Shown piece by piece: positions 10,501-23,400 of a stretch of DNA of 32,447 bases (positions are counted from its first letter, which is position 1; each line of letters opens with the position of its first letter). The stretch is from NCBI GenBank assembly GCA_023231475.1, contig JALJEE010002300.1:1-32447 (forward strand), given 5' to 3'. This DNA comes from Seison nebaliae (lineage: Eukaryota). The notes under the pieces were generated by a model. That model did no database searches. It was not told the origin of the DNA and was given only the letters and a program-made list of their open reading frames with translations. Both the position numbers and the translations under genes were made by a program.

Positions 10501-12414
10501 TTTCGAAATATCAATTTCATATGAATTATCATTCAATCGTTTTATTTCGTTCACTTCATATTGTTCATCTTTATCGATTCGAACACGAACGTTCCATTTA
10601 ATCGATTCGAATTGTTTGGGAAGTGTCAATTGGAAATTGATTTGTCGACTGTTTCTCGACATTTCTTCTCGTTCCAATGACAAATTGGGACAAATGGTTT
10701 CCTCTTCATTCAGTCGATTTAACCAGAATTTCCGATATTCACATTCTTTCATTAACGAACATCGTCTTGTTGATACGCACCAACCACATAACTCCTCTTT
10801 ATGTTCTTGACATTCGTCGCAATTGGAGGCAGTCGAACAATTGAAAAGTGAAATCTCTTCACCTGTTCGATTTGTTTCAATGAATAACTTTCCCGATTTC
10901 ATCATTCTCATCTGATAAATGGGATGAGAGAGATTGAGACGTGTCGTCCGATAAATTCCATTCCAATTCATATTTTTCCAATGATAAATAATTAATTGAT
11001 TGTTTTCTGTCGCACCCAACAATTTCATCATTTTCAACTTGTCATTCAATTTGAATTGTTCAACAAAGAAATTTCGAATTTTTTCATCTTTCGATAATTG
11101 GATAGGCAATTTCCTTCCACAACTGACACGAGTGCCAATCACTGGAAATATGTGCGCCGTCTTACGACTAGAGAATGGAGAGGCTCCTTGAAAGGAGTGA
11201 TAATTTCCTTGATTCTGATGGAATAGACGACGGTAATTCTTTGCTGATGACAAGAAACTTTTCCTCACACTACAATAATTCTCGTCGATATTCAACATCG
11301 ATTGTTTCATACACATTTGTGGCGGTCTTAAGAAATTCAAACCTCGTTCCGAACCCCCTGAATGGTAACATTGTTGTAAATTCTTTAAAAATGTTCGATT
11401 AATTTCATCCAAATCCCAATAATATAAATCTTGTTGTCCATTCAATTGGAACAAGATGAATAATCGTCGAAGTGATTTCGAATAGAAAATATGATCGATC
11501 GAATCATACGATTGACATTGTAATTTCAATTCGGTATATGAATAGAGGAACGCCAAATCATAATTACAAATTCGGATGATTTTCAACGTTCTCTCCATTT
11601 CATTTCCATCTTCCTTCAACAAATAATTGAAATGATTCTCGAGAAATTGATAATGATATTTAATGAAGAAACGATTATTTTCCCGAAGATATTGACCCAG
11701 AACATTTACTTCCGCTTTCACCAGACCCTTTCCAACAATCCCTAAGAAGTTCGATGAATTTGGCGGATTTCCTTCGAGATGACGGAGAGTTACTGTCGGT
11801 TGATTGGCACTGATTAATGTGGAGACGTCGTTGGAATTGAGAGAATAATTATTAGAAATAGCAAGAAATAAATATTTTTCATTGTTCATTCCATTTTGGA
11901 TATTCCAAAGTATTTTATCATTCAAAAACGACTCATTTCCAGAAATCTGACCTGGCAATTCGATCCATCGATGTTCATTAACTTTCCTAGTTTTCGGATA
12001 ATCAATCGATTGCAATATGATGAAATTAGTATCGATGAACTGATATAAACGACACGAAGTGCCAATTTGTCGATTGGTTGAAAGATGAATTCGTTTCCAA
12101 CAAACCAAAATTTGATTGTCATCGATGGAATCGAATAGAAAGATTTTAGTGAGTATAAATCGTCTTTGATCAGTTTCAATCGAAATATCATATTGGAATT
12201 TATTCGAATCGTTCAACAATATTCGATGAGGTGTACATCGATCATTATCCTCATCAAAAATCGATTGGAGAATGAATTGTCCATTTTGTCGAGGAATGAC
12301 GTGGGAGAAATGTCCATGACGACATCCAATATCATAAGTAGAAGCAGTTACCGGTGAGAAGAGAGCAAGATATGAAGCCATGAAAAGAATGATGATAATA
12401 TTGTGACAATACAT
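4502..12414 (-). CDS. Divergent plexin (semaphorin-receptor family), 2570 aa; 5 exons: 12414-5761, 5706-5543, 5492-5357, 5305-5201, 5155-4502
   Basis: Signal peptide (MYCHNIIIILFMASYLALFSPVTAS), Sema-sized N-terminal region, three Cys-rich PSI-like modules (e.g. NCSTASNCDECQEHKEELCGWCVSTRRCSLMKEC), IPT-like repeats (IYHITPTNTTKKGGTIIEIFGKNL), and one TM helix (LFLVLIVAIIGILLITSFIIIQLI then RRHYRRKK). The split GAP-like cytoplasmic region has no kinase motifs, which argues against MET/RON. Four GT..AG introns (54, 50, 51, 45 nt) join the 2231-aa and 210-aa ORFs into one 7713-nt frame. Confidence 0.9.
6229..6298. repeat. (ATT)n/(GAT)n coding microsatellites encoding poly-Asn and poly-Ser in the plexin cytoplasmic insert; a second (GAT)n tract lies at 5933-5955
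   Basis: Directly visible trinucleotide runs; the plexin frame reads SSSSSSTSSTNNKNNNNNNNQQQ. Confidence 0.85.
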
Positions 12415-15400
12415 CTTATTGACAAGAAGAGTTTCGAATTGTCATCATTGAGAGATGGATAAATTATCGTCCATCTAAATGACTATTATTATGCATCATT
12501 TCGAGCCAACTATCAACATGGAAACTTTTCTTTTATTTCATTGATCCTTCTGAGAAATTGAATGAGAGAATATATAAATTAGTGAAGATAAATAAAATGT
12601 TGTTATTTGATGAATGATGAAGATTCAAATGATGCAGAAGAGAAAAATTTTGATAGGAAATTTAATTAAGAAATAATGACATTCTTTCCATTTTACTCAT
12701 TCGTATTAGAGAAAAGAGATCTGCTCATTATTTCGTGATGGGCAAAATAGAACGAAGTTCCAAATTCACAATAACATTTCCAAGAAGATAAAGACTTTTT
12801 AGGAAACTATTATATTCACGTCATTCTCAACATCCATGTAAACAGAAACAATAGAATAGAATTTATGGAAGAATAATTCGCTTAACTTCGCCATAAAATG
12901 ATTGTAAATCGACAGAGAACGATCATCTTCCAATATTGGTATGATCCGTTTCTCATCATACAATTTATGAGACGAAATAATAATAATAATCATAGGTATA
13001 ACTTAAATAAATAAGAAATTTGTAATTAACAAGAAAATTTCACATACACCTCTTTAGAATATTGGGAGGATATTTTGAACAATTTGATCATCACTCAACA
13101 ATAACTCGATCACACGATGACGATTAGAGAGCAAATTACCATCATCATCTTTTCATATTACTGGAAATTTCGAGCAGATTTTCTCATGTTAAATTCCATC
13201 AATTTTTCCTCTAATGGATTATGGAATTCGAATAACTTATCGTACTTTTAACAACTTCCTTAAGCAGATTTGAATTCAAATCCATCTAATATTATTCGTG
13301 TAATATTCCCTTATATTCGAATTAGAAATTCTTCGGTTTAGAATCCGAAGGAAACATATGATAATGAAAATTATTTTCTGATGTTTTGACTTTTGTCAAT
13401 GGTGATGTCCATCTTCCTCCAACTATCGAGTGAATATTGAATTAAGTAGACTGTCAATATTGTTAGTTGGTTGTTTGGAAGATGTAATAGACAAATAGAA
13501 GTTGGGCGATGAAGAAATGGAGAATTGGAACTTGTTAATAAGTTATTGAGAAGGAAGAAGGAAGAGTTCTTTTCACCAAGTCCACTTGATAAATCGAAAC
13601 GAATTGAATGTCCATGAATAAATATTGACAATTTACTATGGGAAAAAAATTTAATAACCACTCGCTCCCTCCAAACCGATAAGATCAACATGTCAACTGA
13701 GAAGAAAGCGTCGACGATCTGTATTCCCTTGACTTATGAATAACAGCGAAAATTCTTTCGTGGACTTGAAAAATTGGAGATAAAGAGAATGAACATACTT
13801 CGAATATGATCAGATAATCAATGATAATTCTTTTTTCGAATAATAAATATTGGATAACTGGTATGTTTAAGGACGATATGTGCAAATAGATGAAGAGAAG
13901 ATGAACAAGAAATTCAATGAATCAACTACCGAAGAGAAATGTAAAGATCGATATTAAAAGGTACGAAAGATTTCATGAGACGATAGGTGTCGATTTCTCC
14001 CAAATATTTTCACACCCGCCAATCTTCCTTTTAAACATTCGTCAAAACATCTCCGCATCAGCTAAGTGAAAAAAGATGAAACTAAAAACATATTCTCAAG
14101 TAGATAGCGAAGAAGAGAAAAATGTCATGCCAAATCCTTTATGATTTAGTCTTAGTCGATTACTAAAGTTAGGAGAAGATGTACAGAATAATTTTCCATT
14201 GGAATAACATCAATTCATCCATCACACAATTGATGATAAGAATACATTGATGGAATGAATTACATTGCATCATCAGAGTGTGAAAGAAGGTTAATCGAAA
14301 ATCCGTCTATATGAATCAATATTCAAGGTTGTGCCAAGCGAGTCGAAGTGCCGTGGTTCTGCGGTTCGACTTGGCGCAGTTATATTTCATTTGTTCTCCC
14401 TTCCTTCTGTTTAGTGGGAGAAAATTCTTCAGAAAGAAACATAGAAAGTATTCACTATTTCCAAGATTGCCATCATTATTCTTTTTTTTTCCGATCATTC
14501 CGACAAATGAATAAAATTACAGAGGCAACTCAATATGATAGTTAATGAATATAACAATGAATCGGTTGATGATCCAAAACGAAGTCTTCACCACATTTCT
14601 CCTTTCTCGTCTTCTCCCCTCCCATTATGTTTCCTTACGTTCCTATAATTACATTATGAGGGTAAGATAATAAAAATGAATGAGGAGAATCTTTTCTGAA
14701 GTTGTGATTGGGAAAGGTTAAATAAATAAATAAATATAGCAACTATCTATTTCGTCTATCTGCCTATCGATAACCATTATTTCATTCATCCATCTGCACA
14801 CATCTTCCACCTCGTCGATTAGAGACATTATCTGTTAGACATTGAATTGATATCGATCCATCTACTCCCAAAAATCTACTCTCTGTCACATTAAGAATTC
14901 CTTCATCGATTGTCGTAAACAAGTCTACTTTAGTCACAAGTTGAATTAGCACAATATATTTTTGTGGCATTGTTATTTAATTTGTTGGAGAATTGTTCTT
15001 CTCATATCAGATGGAACGATTAACAACTAATAAGTTTCAACCGGAAAGAAATAGATTTTTTTTTACATTTGCAAAGGAGAAGGAAAGTTGAAGTGATTAA
15101 GATGGATCGATACTCCAATTTCCCGGTTATTCTCTATTCAATATTATGTAGTTATAACAGACATGTGGAATCTTCATTTGCCCTTATACAAATTTCCAGT
15201 TAATCAACCAATTTCTTTCCATCTTCTTTTTCCCCTAGTAATATCTATTATATTTCTGCTAAATCTGTCGATCGCTTTCCATATTAACACGACAGATGCA
15301 TGACGACGATAATCATTTAGGAGGAGTGATTATGTGCTCAAAAATATTTAGGTAACAACAATTTCATTCATTTCACACCAACAACTTTTTAGTCTCCAAT

Positions 15401-18400
15401 TCATTTCTCACATTATCACTATTAATAATTCCATTCTTAAATAACTTCAAATTCAAATAATTAAAACATTTAATGCAAAAATTATCATATGTTTCACTTT
15501 GGAATTTGATGTCAACCAAAAATTCAACAATAAAGTATCGAACAAGTTAAATTCGAGGTTATAAAGGAATTAAATTTTTTTGTTACTTCAGCTAATTCCA
15601 AGAAAATGGAAATTCATTTCTATTACTAAATATATAGTTACATAACAATTTGATGATGTTGTCACTAATGGTACGTTTAAGTAGTTCGATGGAAAAGTTC
15701 TTCAGAAAAGAATGAGGAATTTTGCCATCAACACCTTTCAATTGCTGGAATTAAACTTGGAGTTAACAACCGTTTCGGAGATTGCTAGATAACAATAAGA
15801 AGAGCATCATCCTTAGAATATTGATATGCCAACCAGATCATATTTATTCGTGATGATAGATATCAATTAAAGGAAAATTATTCTGTCAAACAAATTCCAT
15901 TTGAGATAACACCAATAAAAATTAACACGTATTCCTAATCTCAGTAATTCCAGAAGAAGAAAATGGTGAAAACTTAAATTTGTGTTAAACAAAATTTTGG
16001 TTAAAATTAAATAAATTGGATGGAAATAATTTCCGCTGTAAACGATAAAACTGTCGTAAAATATTCTCGAAAAGATTTACTTTTTTCTATTTGAAACTAT
16101 ATTCGTGTCGGACGAAGTTCGAAAAAAAGGAATTATTACATTTTATTATTATTATTATTATTTATTGAAACACAATCCCAATTTGGGTAAAGGTTTTATA
16201 TCGACAAATTAATCAAATTGAAATATTTGATGCATTTGTCGATTTGGGATGGGAGGGGGTGATGAATGGAATGAAGGTGAGAAAAAACCATTAAACTGAT
16301 AAGAAAAATCTTTCAAAAGATATTAACGATATGGAACATTGTGAATGGATGTACAATAATAATTGAGGATTTTAATTAATTTTTTTGGTTTTGCAGTTCC
16401 CTTAACAATTCTCTGACGATTAACTGCATGAAGGTCACGATAAAATAAGAGAAATTAATTGAATTTCTTTAATGTCTCAAATCGAGCTGGGAGAGTGAAA
16501 TACTTAAAATGAATATCTATTAACATAGAAAGAATTGAAACAAAATATTTTGATATGATCAGAAATGAGAGAGAGAACAATCAACTTCCATTGTTCCCTA
16601 ATTTTCGAACAGCTGCAACTCATGGTAATCAATTCTTTTCTCTCAAGTCAGGACATTGGAGGTCACTAGATATAAAAGTTACGGACAAAAGTAACACTTC
16701 GTCATATGATATGAAATAGCAGAGTCAACAACAATCAAATTAATTGGAAAATCGCTGAATTCGACAACTATTTATTTTACCATATCGTTTGGAACAATTT
16801 TGTCTCCAATTGATTTATCAGATGGTTTCTCACTGAAGAAGCGTAAAAATAAATAAGTAATTCTTAAAATAAAACACAATTTAATAATTGAATTCTCTAC
16901 GAAGTTCTCGTTTGCATATTTTTGACCATTGTGCATTTCGTTGGATGTGGATGAGAAGTTCGGTTTGGCGGAATGAGCAAATTGAAAAAACATGACACGA
17001 ATTTCGGTTCGGGATTAATATATAAATGAAAACTTTCCACGTACATCACAACATCGATTAACTAGTAGAATGAGTTGGAGGGGACATATTGACATCACGC
17101 AATTACATTGTCCATCTGGAGCATGCTATCCATCATGTCTCATGATAACTTATCGTCACCATTTCAACTGAATAAACATCCCACATTCTACGTCATATTA
17201 GATTGTCTCATAAAACTTTCCATTTGAATTGTTCCTTTGGAAAAAGTAATTGATGTCGGGAGTCAGTTTGAGTGGAAAAATGAAAACATCATCAATTAGA
17301 TTCGATATCGATTATAATAAAATTCGAATATGATTTCGAGAGAAGTAACATGCAATTTTGAATCATATCTTTCCATTCCACCATAGAAGAGAAGAGAAAT
17401 TATTATAAGATTAACAAAAAAACATATGGAAACAACGGAAGAAAAATTTTAAATTATATTTATTTCAAAAAATTTTATGATGAGAATTAATTATTTGAGC
17501 TAAAAGAGAAAAGTTCGCTCGTTTTACTACATGCACACACTGATTTGTTAAGGGAAATTCCTTGTAAAAAAGAAAGAAAGTTGAATTGAGAAACGATTGA
17601 GAAATATGTGGCGAATAAGAGAGGAATATGTGATTTAAGACAATGGAAGGAACGAAAAGATTGTTCTTCCCGGTCGATCGGTCTCAGATGGTGAAGTGGA
17701 AATGTATATCAAAAAATTAATCTACATACTTGTTTCGTTTTGAGGAGAGTGAAAAGGAATGACAAATTACTGTTAACTAATCCCGTTTATGCCGCTACGA
17801 TGATTTGGATGTCCAGCTGTGAGTGAACTGAAGTTAAGAGAGAAGAGATCGGACTATTTCTAGCTATTTATGATTCCGTTATGACGAGAAGAGAATGGTG
17901 GAAAGTACCTGATCAAATTTCCATAGCCATACTAACACAGAAAATGAAAGAAATGTGGAAGAAAAATGATTCATTCTTGACCATTGTCCGAACATTCGAT
18001 AACTAGATTTCTAGCGATTTTTCGATAACGAACTATTCATCTCTTAAGAAACGCTATGCCGACATGAAACATTAGTCGACGTTATATCTGTCATATATCG
18101 GTCCAATTCGATGATGATGGTGTTCTCGAAGTAAATTATTTCTCACTTAAAATTACCTACGAAAATTCATTCATTCCATTTCTTCAATAGAGAAGAAAAT
18201 AAAGGAATTTTCAACGATTAAACTCTCATCTCATAGTAACAAGTGAGAAAGAATGAACGACAAGGTAAAAGATCATTAGAGTTAGATCGTCTCTTGTAAC
18301 ATGACGATTCGGTTCTTCAGTACCACACATAGTCACAGATGGAACGACTACCAAAGTGTTTGTCATGTTCTGAAAAAATTAGTTGGGAAAAAGGTGACAA

Positions 18401-18586
18401 GTCTCCAATAATTACTTCGATACGTAACAGAACGAAAAGGAGAATTTGATGGAGAAAAAAAAATGATTTCAAATAAAACTTTCCGTTTGAACTCAAACAA
18501 TTTTCCTTTTGGTCAAAAGAATAACGACCAACTAATAAACTTACCAGCAATTAAGCGAACCGACACCAGACTCATCTGTTCTGGAA

Positions 18587-18866
18587 GGGAAAACGATATT
18601 TGGTAGACGAACCATTTGGTAGACGGGACTATTTGGTAGACCGACCATTTGGTAGACTTAGATTTGGTAGACGGAGATTTGGTAGACCGACCATTTGGTA
18701 GACCGACCATTTGGTAGACTCCGTATGGGAAATACATGTAGATATTTTCTTATTTCACATTTAAATTGCTCCAAAATTTTGGATCATTCAAAAGGTCTAC
18801 CAAATAGTCCCGTCTACCAAATAGTCCCGTCTACCAAATGGTTCGTCTACCAAATCAGCTAGACTC
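18587..18866. mobile_element. 280-bp non-autonomous Mutator-like (MULE/foldback-type) MITE with tandem-repeat arms and 9-bp TSD
   Basis: Perfect direct repeat GTTCTGGAA at 18578-18586 and 18867-18875. Eight ATTTGGTAGAC units (period 15-17 nt) on the left and four inverted GTCTACCAAAT units on the right; the outer units are exact mirror images; G...C termini. A 9-bp TSD with repeat-built TIRs is characteristic of the Mutator superfamily. Confidence 0.88.
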
Positions 18867-20434
18867 GTTCTGGAACTGCATCTGATTTATTCTTCAACCC
18901 AACTCCAAATATGGAGGTAAGAGATCAATGAGAAATAATGTTAACATATTGCAGACAAATTAAAATAAACATCACCTGAAGTTCCAATTGATGATGGATG
19001 AATGAAATAATTAAGTAGATATGATTTTCAAACCATCCATTTATATACTATAAAAACTACTACTTAATAACGTTTGCATTAGACATTATTTTGAGCTATA
19101 ATAATTTCCCAAAATTCTAATTACGACAATTCTTCCAACCAGCTTCATTGCAAGTGATTTCAACTACGTTTTTCTTTTCTCCTTAAATTTATTAACAAAC
19201 TGATACATTATCTGTTTGTACATGTAAAATATGAAATGAAATCTCAAAATCATTTACTGATGATCACATGAAATTTTAGATGTGATTCTTCTACCACTTC
19301 AAAAAAAAGTTAGTTATGAAAAACTAACAGATGTCTTCATTACACAACATTACGCCACATGTGTAGATGGTCATTATTCTCCGAAAGAAAGATAAGACAG
19401 AAAATGTGTAAGGAGATCAAAAACATCATCATCAGGTACATGAGATGATGAAATAAATAACAGATGATAATTACGTTTTTTTATTTGATAACATTCTGCA
19501 TCGATCAAAAATGGATAGGTGCTACTAACAGGTACATGTTTATATCGTCAGATGATTATTTTTCATACGATTAAGGAACAAACGAAATAAAGACAGTTTC
19601 CTTTCACATTGCCTTATGATGACATGACGTTGGTTTTTCATTTCTTCTTCTGAAAATAATAAATTAATTATTGATTGTGAAATATTAATGATTTGAAAAG
19701 GAAAATTTCATCAAATAAGTAAATTCGTTTGTGAGAACTTCAAGGGGATATGGAGGAGGAGAAAGCAACAGAGAAAAATTTTCGGTTAAGTAGTTGAGAT
19801 TCTCAAGTTGAGAAATGAGCTGTGTCTACTTTTTAAATCCATCTGTATATTCCTCCAGATGTTACTATGGTAAGCTCATCAATTTCAATGAAATGAAAAC
19901 AACCGCCAACTCCATTATCAACAACAATTGAGAATGATGTATCGCCGCTCATTAAGTTTGCTAAATAAACATAATTCATATCTTCGTCAATTCATAAAAA
20001 TTTTCATAGACGGATTCAATGAATTTTCACATAAATGTTCGACAATTGTTAATGATTTTAATGTAATGTTAATGAGAAACGGCCATCTCATTTACTCCTC
20101 CTCTTCTTCCTATGTGTACAGTTAGTTAACTGTTGAAAAGTAGAAAAACTTCTTACACTAAATGAGAATGAATCGAGACCTTTTGTTCCTATAATCAAGT
20201 TGACGTTTCTAATTTTTAAGTATCTTTCTCTATCCTACGTATTTGGAAGATCTCTTCAATATCTTCCAGTCATTCGCATTCATTTATTTCTCCTATTTTC
20301 TCATTTATGAAAGAACCATAATGAAAACGGAATTAAACAATTTCAGTTAATTCAAATAGAATTAACTAAATATTGATATTGAAACTTGAAGTTGAGCTCA
20401 ATTTAGAACATTCGGAATTTCCGAATCGTATTTT

Positions 20435-20480
20435 TTTTTTTTTTTTTTTTATTAAGACGCGGAATCCCCATAGGTTAAAG
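20435..20480 (-). mobile_element. Ultra-truncated retroposed insertion: 30 nt plus poly(A), flanked by an 8-bp TSD
   Basis: T20 at 20431-20450; direct repeat CGTATTTT at 20427-20434 and 20481-20488. The minus-strand insert CTTTAACCTATGGGGATTCCGCGTCTTAAT reads FNLWGFRVL, similar to the (F/Y)NLPG/R terminus of copies A and C. Confidence 0.7.
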
Positions 20481-23400
20481 CGTATTTTGATTAAAAATAA
20501 CTAATGGAAAGTAAAAATCTTCAAAATGCTCAAACGATCGATAATATCGATATCGATATTGAAAAAAGTGGTTGTCGAACATTGTCATTTCCTTATAATG
20601 AGTCGTGGAAATTAGGCTAGATCAACTACTGAAAACATTAAGAGACCTCTAGAAACTGGTTTCGGACGACCTAGTAGATTGCCCACACATCTGATATACG
20701 CCCTATAAAGTTTAATATGTCTTCCATAAAATCACAAAGGAATCATTTCCATCATCTGCTCCTGCTAATACACATTTGAATTAATATGAGAGTCTTATGT
20801 CATCTCTCTGTTACCAGAAATAACCGTTTCACTAAGTATCTCATTGGTGTGACGTAACTAATTAAATTTTGCGAATTTAAAATTAGAAAAAATTAGTAAT
20901 TTTTAAACGGATAGAAAACGAAGAACGATTTCTTTTTTTAATTTTTAACTTTGACCAAATCTATGCATTTTCAAAAGATTTCATACTATAAATGGTTGAC
21001 AAATGAATATGATGAATGACGAATAATATTGAAAATCTTTCGAGGACAATGATAACTCTCCATTCCAAACATTTTGTTGAAATGGAAATAAATTAAAACG
21101 AATCATGTGAATCAGCTGGAAAGGAAGACAATTAAACAACGAATTATAACGTAGTCATCAAAAATTTATCGTTAAATAGAAAAAGAAAAACGATAAGTGA
21201 GATCTATTTTCTTTACATAAAAACTAATTTTCCCTCCTAATTTTCTTCTTTGCCTTCGACATGTTCTTGGGACAGCTCGATGATAGATTTGGGAAGTCCG
21301 ATGGATGTAATCTCCTTAATATAGATCTCGATGGGAAAGATGTTCGGTGTTCTTTGTCAACAAACATGCAACATGAGATTAGATAAATAGTAAAATGATA
21401 GAAAAGTAGAGAAGGTGGGAAGAAAATAATTTGCTAAGGATAAATAAAACAACTTCTTCTATTTTGTTTCCTTAGGAAATGATAGATCTGAAATTATCAA
21501 CAGTATATTACTACTCCAATATTTATTCGTAAATTATTTATCTACTTTCCATCACCTACACGTCAAATTATGAAGATTCAACAAATTCATATTAATGGAC
21601 AATGATACAGTTCTCTAATCGTCAGCGATTATTAAAAACGCCGTTGTTTATCATTATTGGTATGAAGACAATATAATGTCTTCTTTCTCTTTTTTTTTGC
21701 TTAACACTAATGTTTAGTTAAGGAATTCGATGCAGAATTAATCGGCTCATTAATATATCGGGAAAGATGAAGCCGAAATCACCAAAATGAAGATGACTAA
21801 TTCACCACTCCTCTACCCAAATCACATTTATCCAACAATTTAATGATGAGAATGATATCGTCATTAATAACAACTTTTTTATTAATTTTCTTTCGACTTA
21901 TGTTCATCTGTCGGAAGAACAAACCGATTTCATTCATCCATTACTACCCAATATTTAATTCGACTACTCACAAACATTAAACGAGATTCTCTCTTAATAT
22001 CTTTATAAGTGAACTTCATTCTGCCTCTACTTCATTGATTTCTCTAATAATTATCTTTCTTCTAAAGTTTAGAATCTAAACTATTCAACTAAGCCAACAT
22101 ATACACACATTCATACCCATTTGGGACGCGCGCATTACCACTCTTTTTTTGCACAAATAATTTTCAAAGACACCGAAAATTCTATGAAATTCCGATTATT
22201 GAAGATAAATATGCATTCTTCCTTCTCTTCTTTAAACAACTAATAAAGATATTTTTGACATATCTAAACCTCCAATAGTTCGAAAACGTCGAAATGAGAA
22301 TCTTTTCGTTTTTTTTAAACTGGTAGTTGCCATTTCCTCAAATCTATTCGAATGTAGATGTATCGAACGTAGAAAACTGAAATTAATGGACTGACTTCTA
22401 CATTAATTTCAGAATAAAACTTTCAAAAAATTAAAAAATTTCCTTTTCACTACTCAATATCAGATGATGGATGTTAAGTGAAGAATTTTAAGATAATTCG
22501 TCTAAGTAGAAAAACCAGGAATGGAGGAAAGTTGGATGATTTGCAATGAGAAATGAAGTTCCAAATGAAGTCTCTAAAAAAATAATTTTTGATAGAATAA
22601 AGTAGAGCACGATAGTAAGAAGGATTTGAAGAGATTCTCTTCATCTCTTCAAGAGAACCGACAGAAAACTGAATTTATGGAATGTGAATTACTTTTCTAT
22701 AATATGACATAAGAAAAATATAAATGATTACAGTGTGAGAATGATGATGATGATGATGATATCTTGTGGAAATTATAAGGTTGTCGTAAATGCGAATTAG
22801 TTCTACGTTGATGAGCGGAAGATGATGTATAATTGTGCACAATAACTACTTAAAAATTGAATGTGTCAAATCGAAGTAACTGTAATAGATGGATAATGGT
22901 TCATCTATTTCTACACGTTCCATCATATTCTCTAAAGAGAAATTAAATATGATGTAACCATAAAAAAATCGAAAAAGAATGAAAGGAAGAAATCTCCCTA
23001 ATCAAAAAAAGTTGAAAGAACAATGTTTCTTAAGGAAAAGATTGAATGACTAAATCACCGTTTAACTACGATTTCAGGAGAATTCTGCATAGAATCAGTG
23101 AAATAAAATCAGGCAAGTAGGAAAACTGCCGTTTCTGTCATTTTTTAAAGCAATTTTGAAGAAAAATCAGAAATGCCTGTAATTTTCCCCTAGTTTCCGA
23201 ATAATATGAACAATTTGAAAGAATTGGATGAACATCATGATTCTCCGTCAATCATACGATTCATTATGTATAAGATGATACGTTTTGCTAATGTTCCATT
23301 ATGGGCATAAGCTGCTCCAATTCCGAGTTGAGCAAGATGAATCGATGTTGTTGACATTTACATTCGTTCATTTACACCTCCTCCCAACTCCATCTTTAGG

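Noticed and set aside
8387..12357. Several 60-90 aa ORFs overlapping the plexin
   Set aside because: Shadow ORFs of a long coding exon, with no motifs.
18598..18855. CRISPR-like array of ATTTGGTAGAC repeats, and the 74-aa STK-repeat ORF across it
   Set aside because: Repeats are 11 nt with 4-6 nt recurring spacers, occur in inverted arms, and are bounded by a 9-bp TSD in a eukaryotic locus with no cas genes. This is a MITE and the ORF is a by-product.
20543..20560. Perfect 18-bp palindrome AATATCGATATCGATATT
   Set aside because: Low-complexity ATCGAT repeat in a genome rich in that word, with no supporting context.
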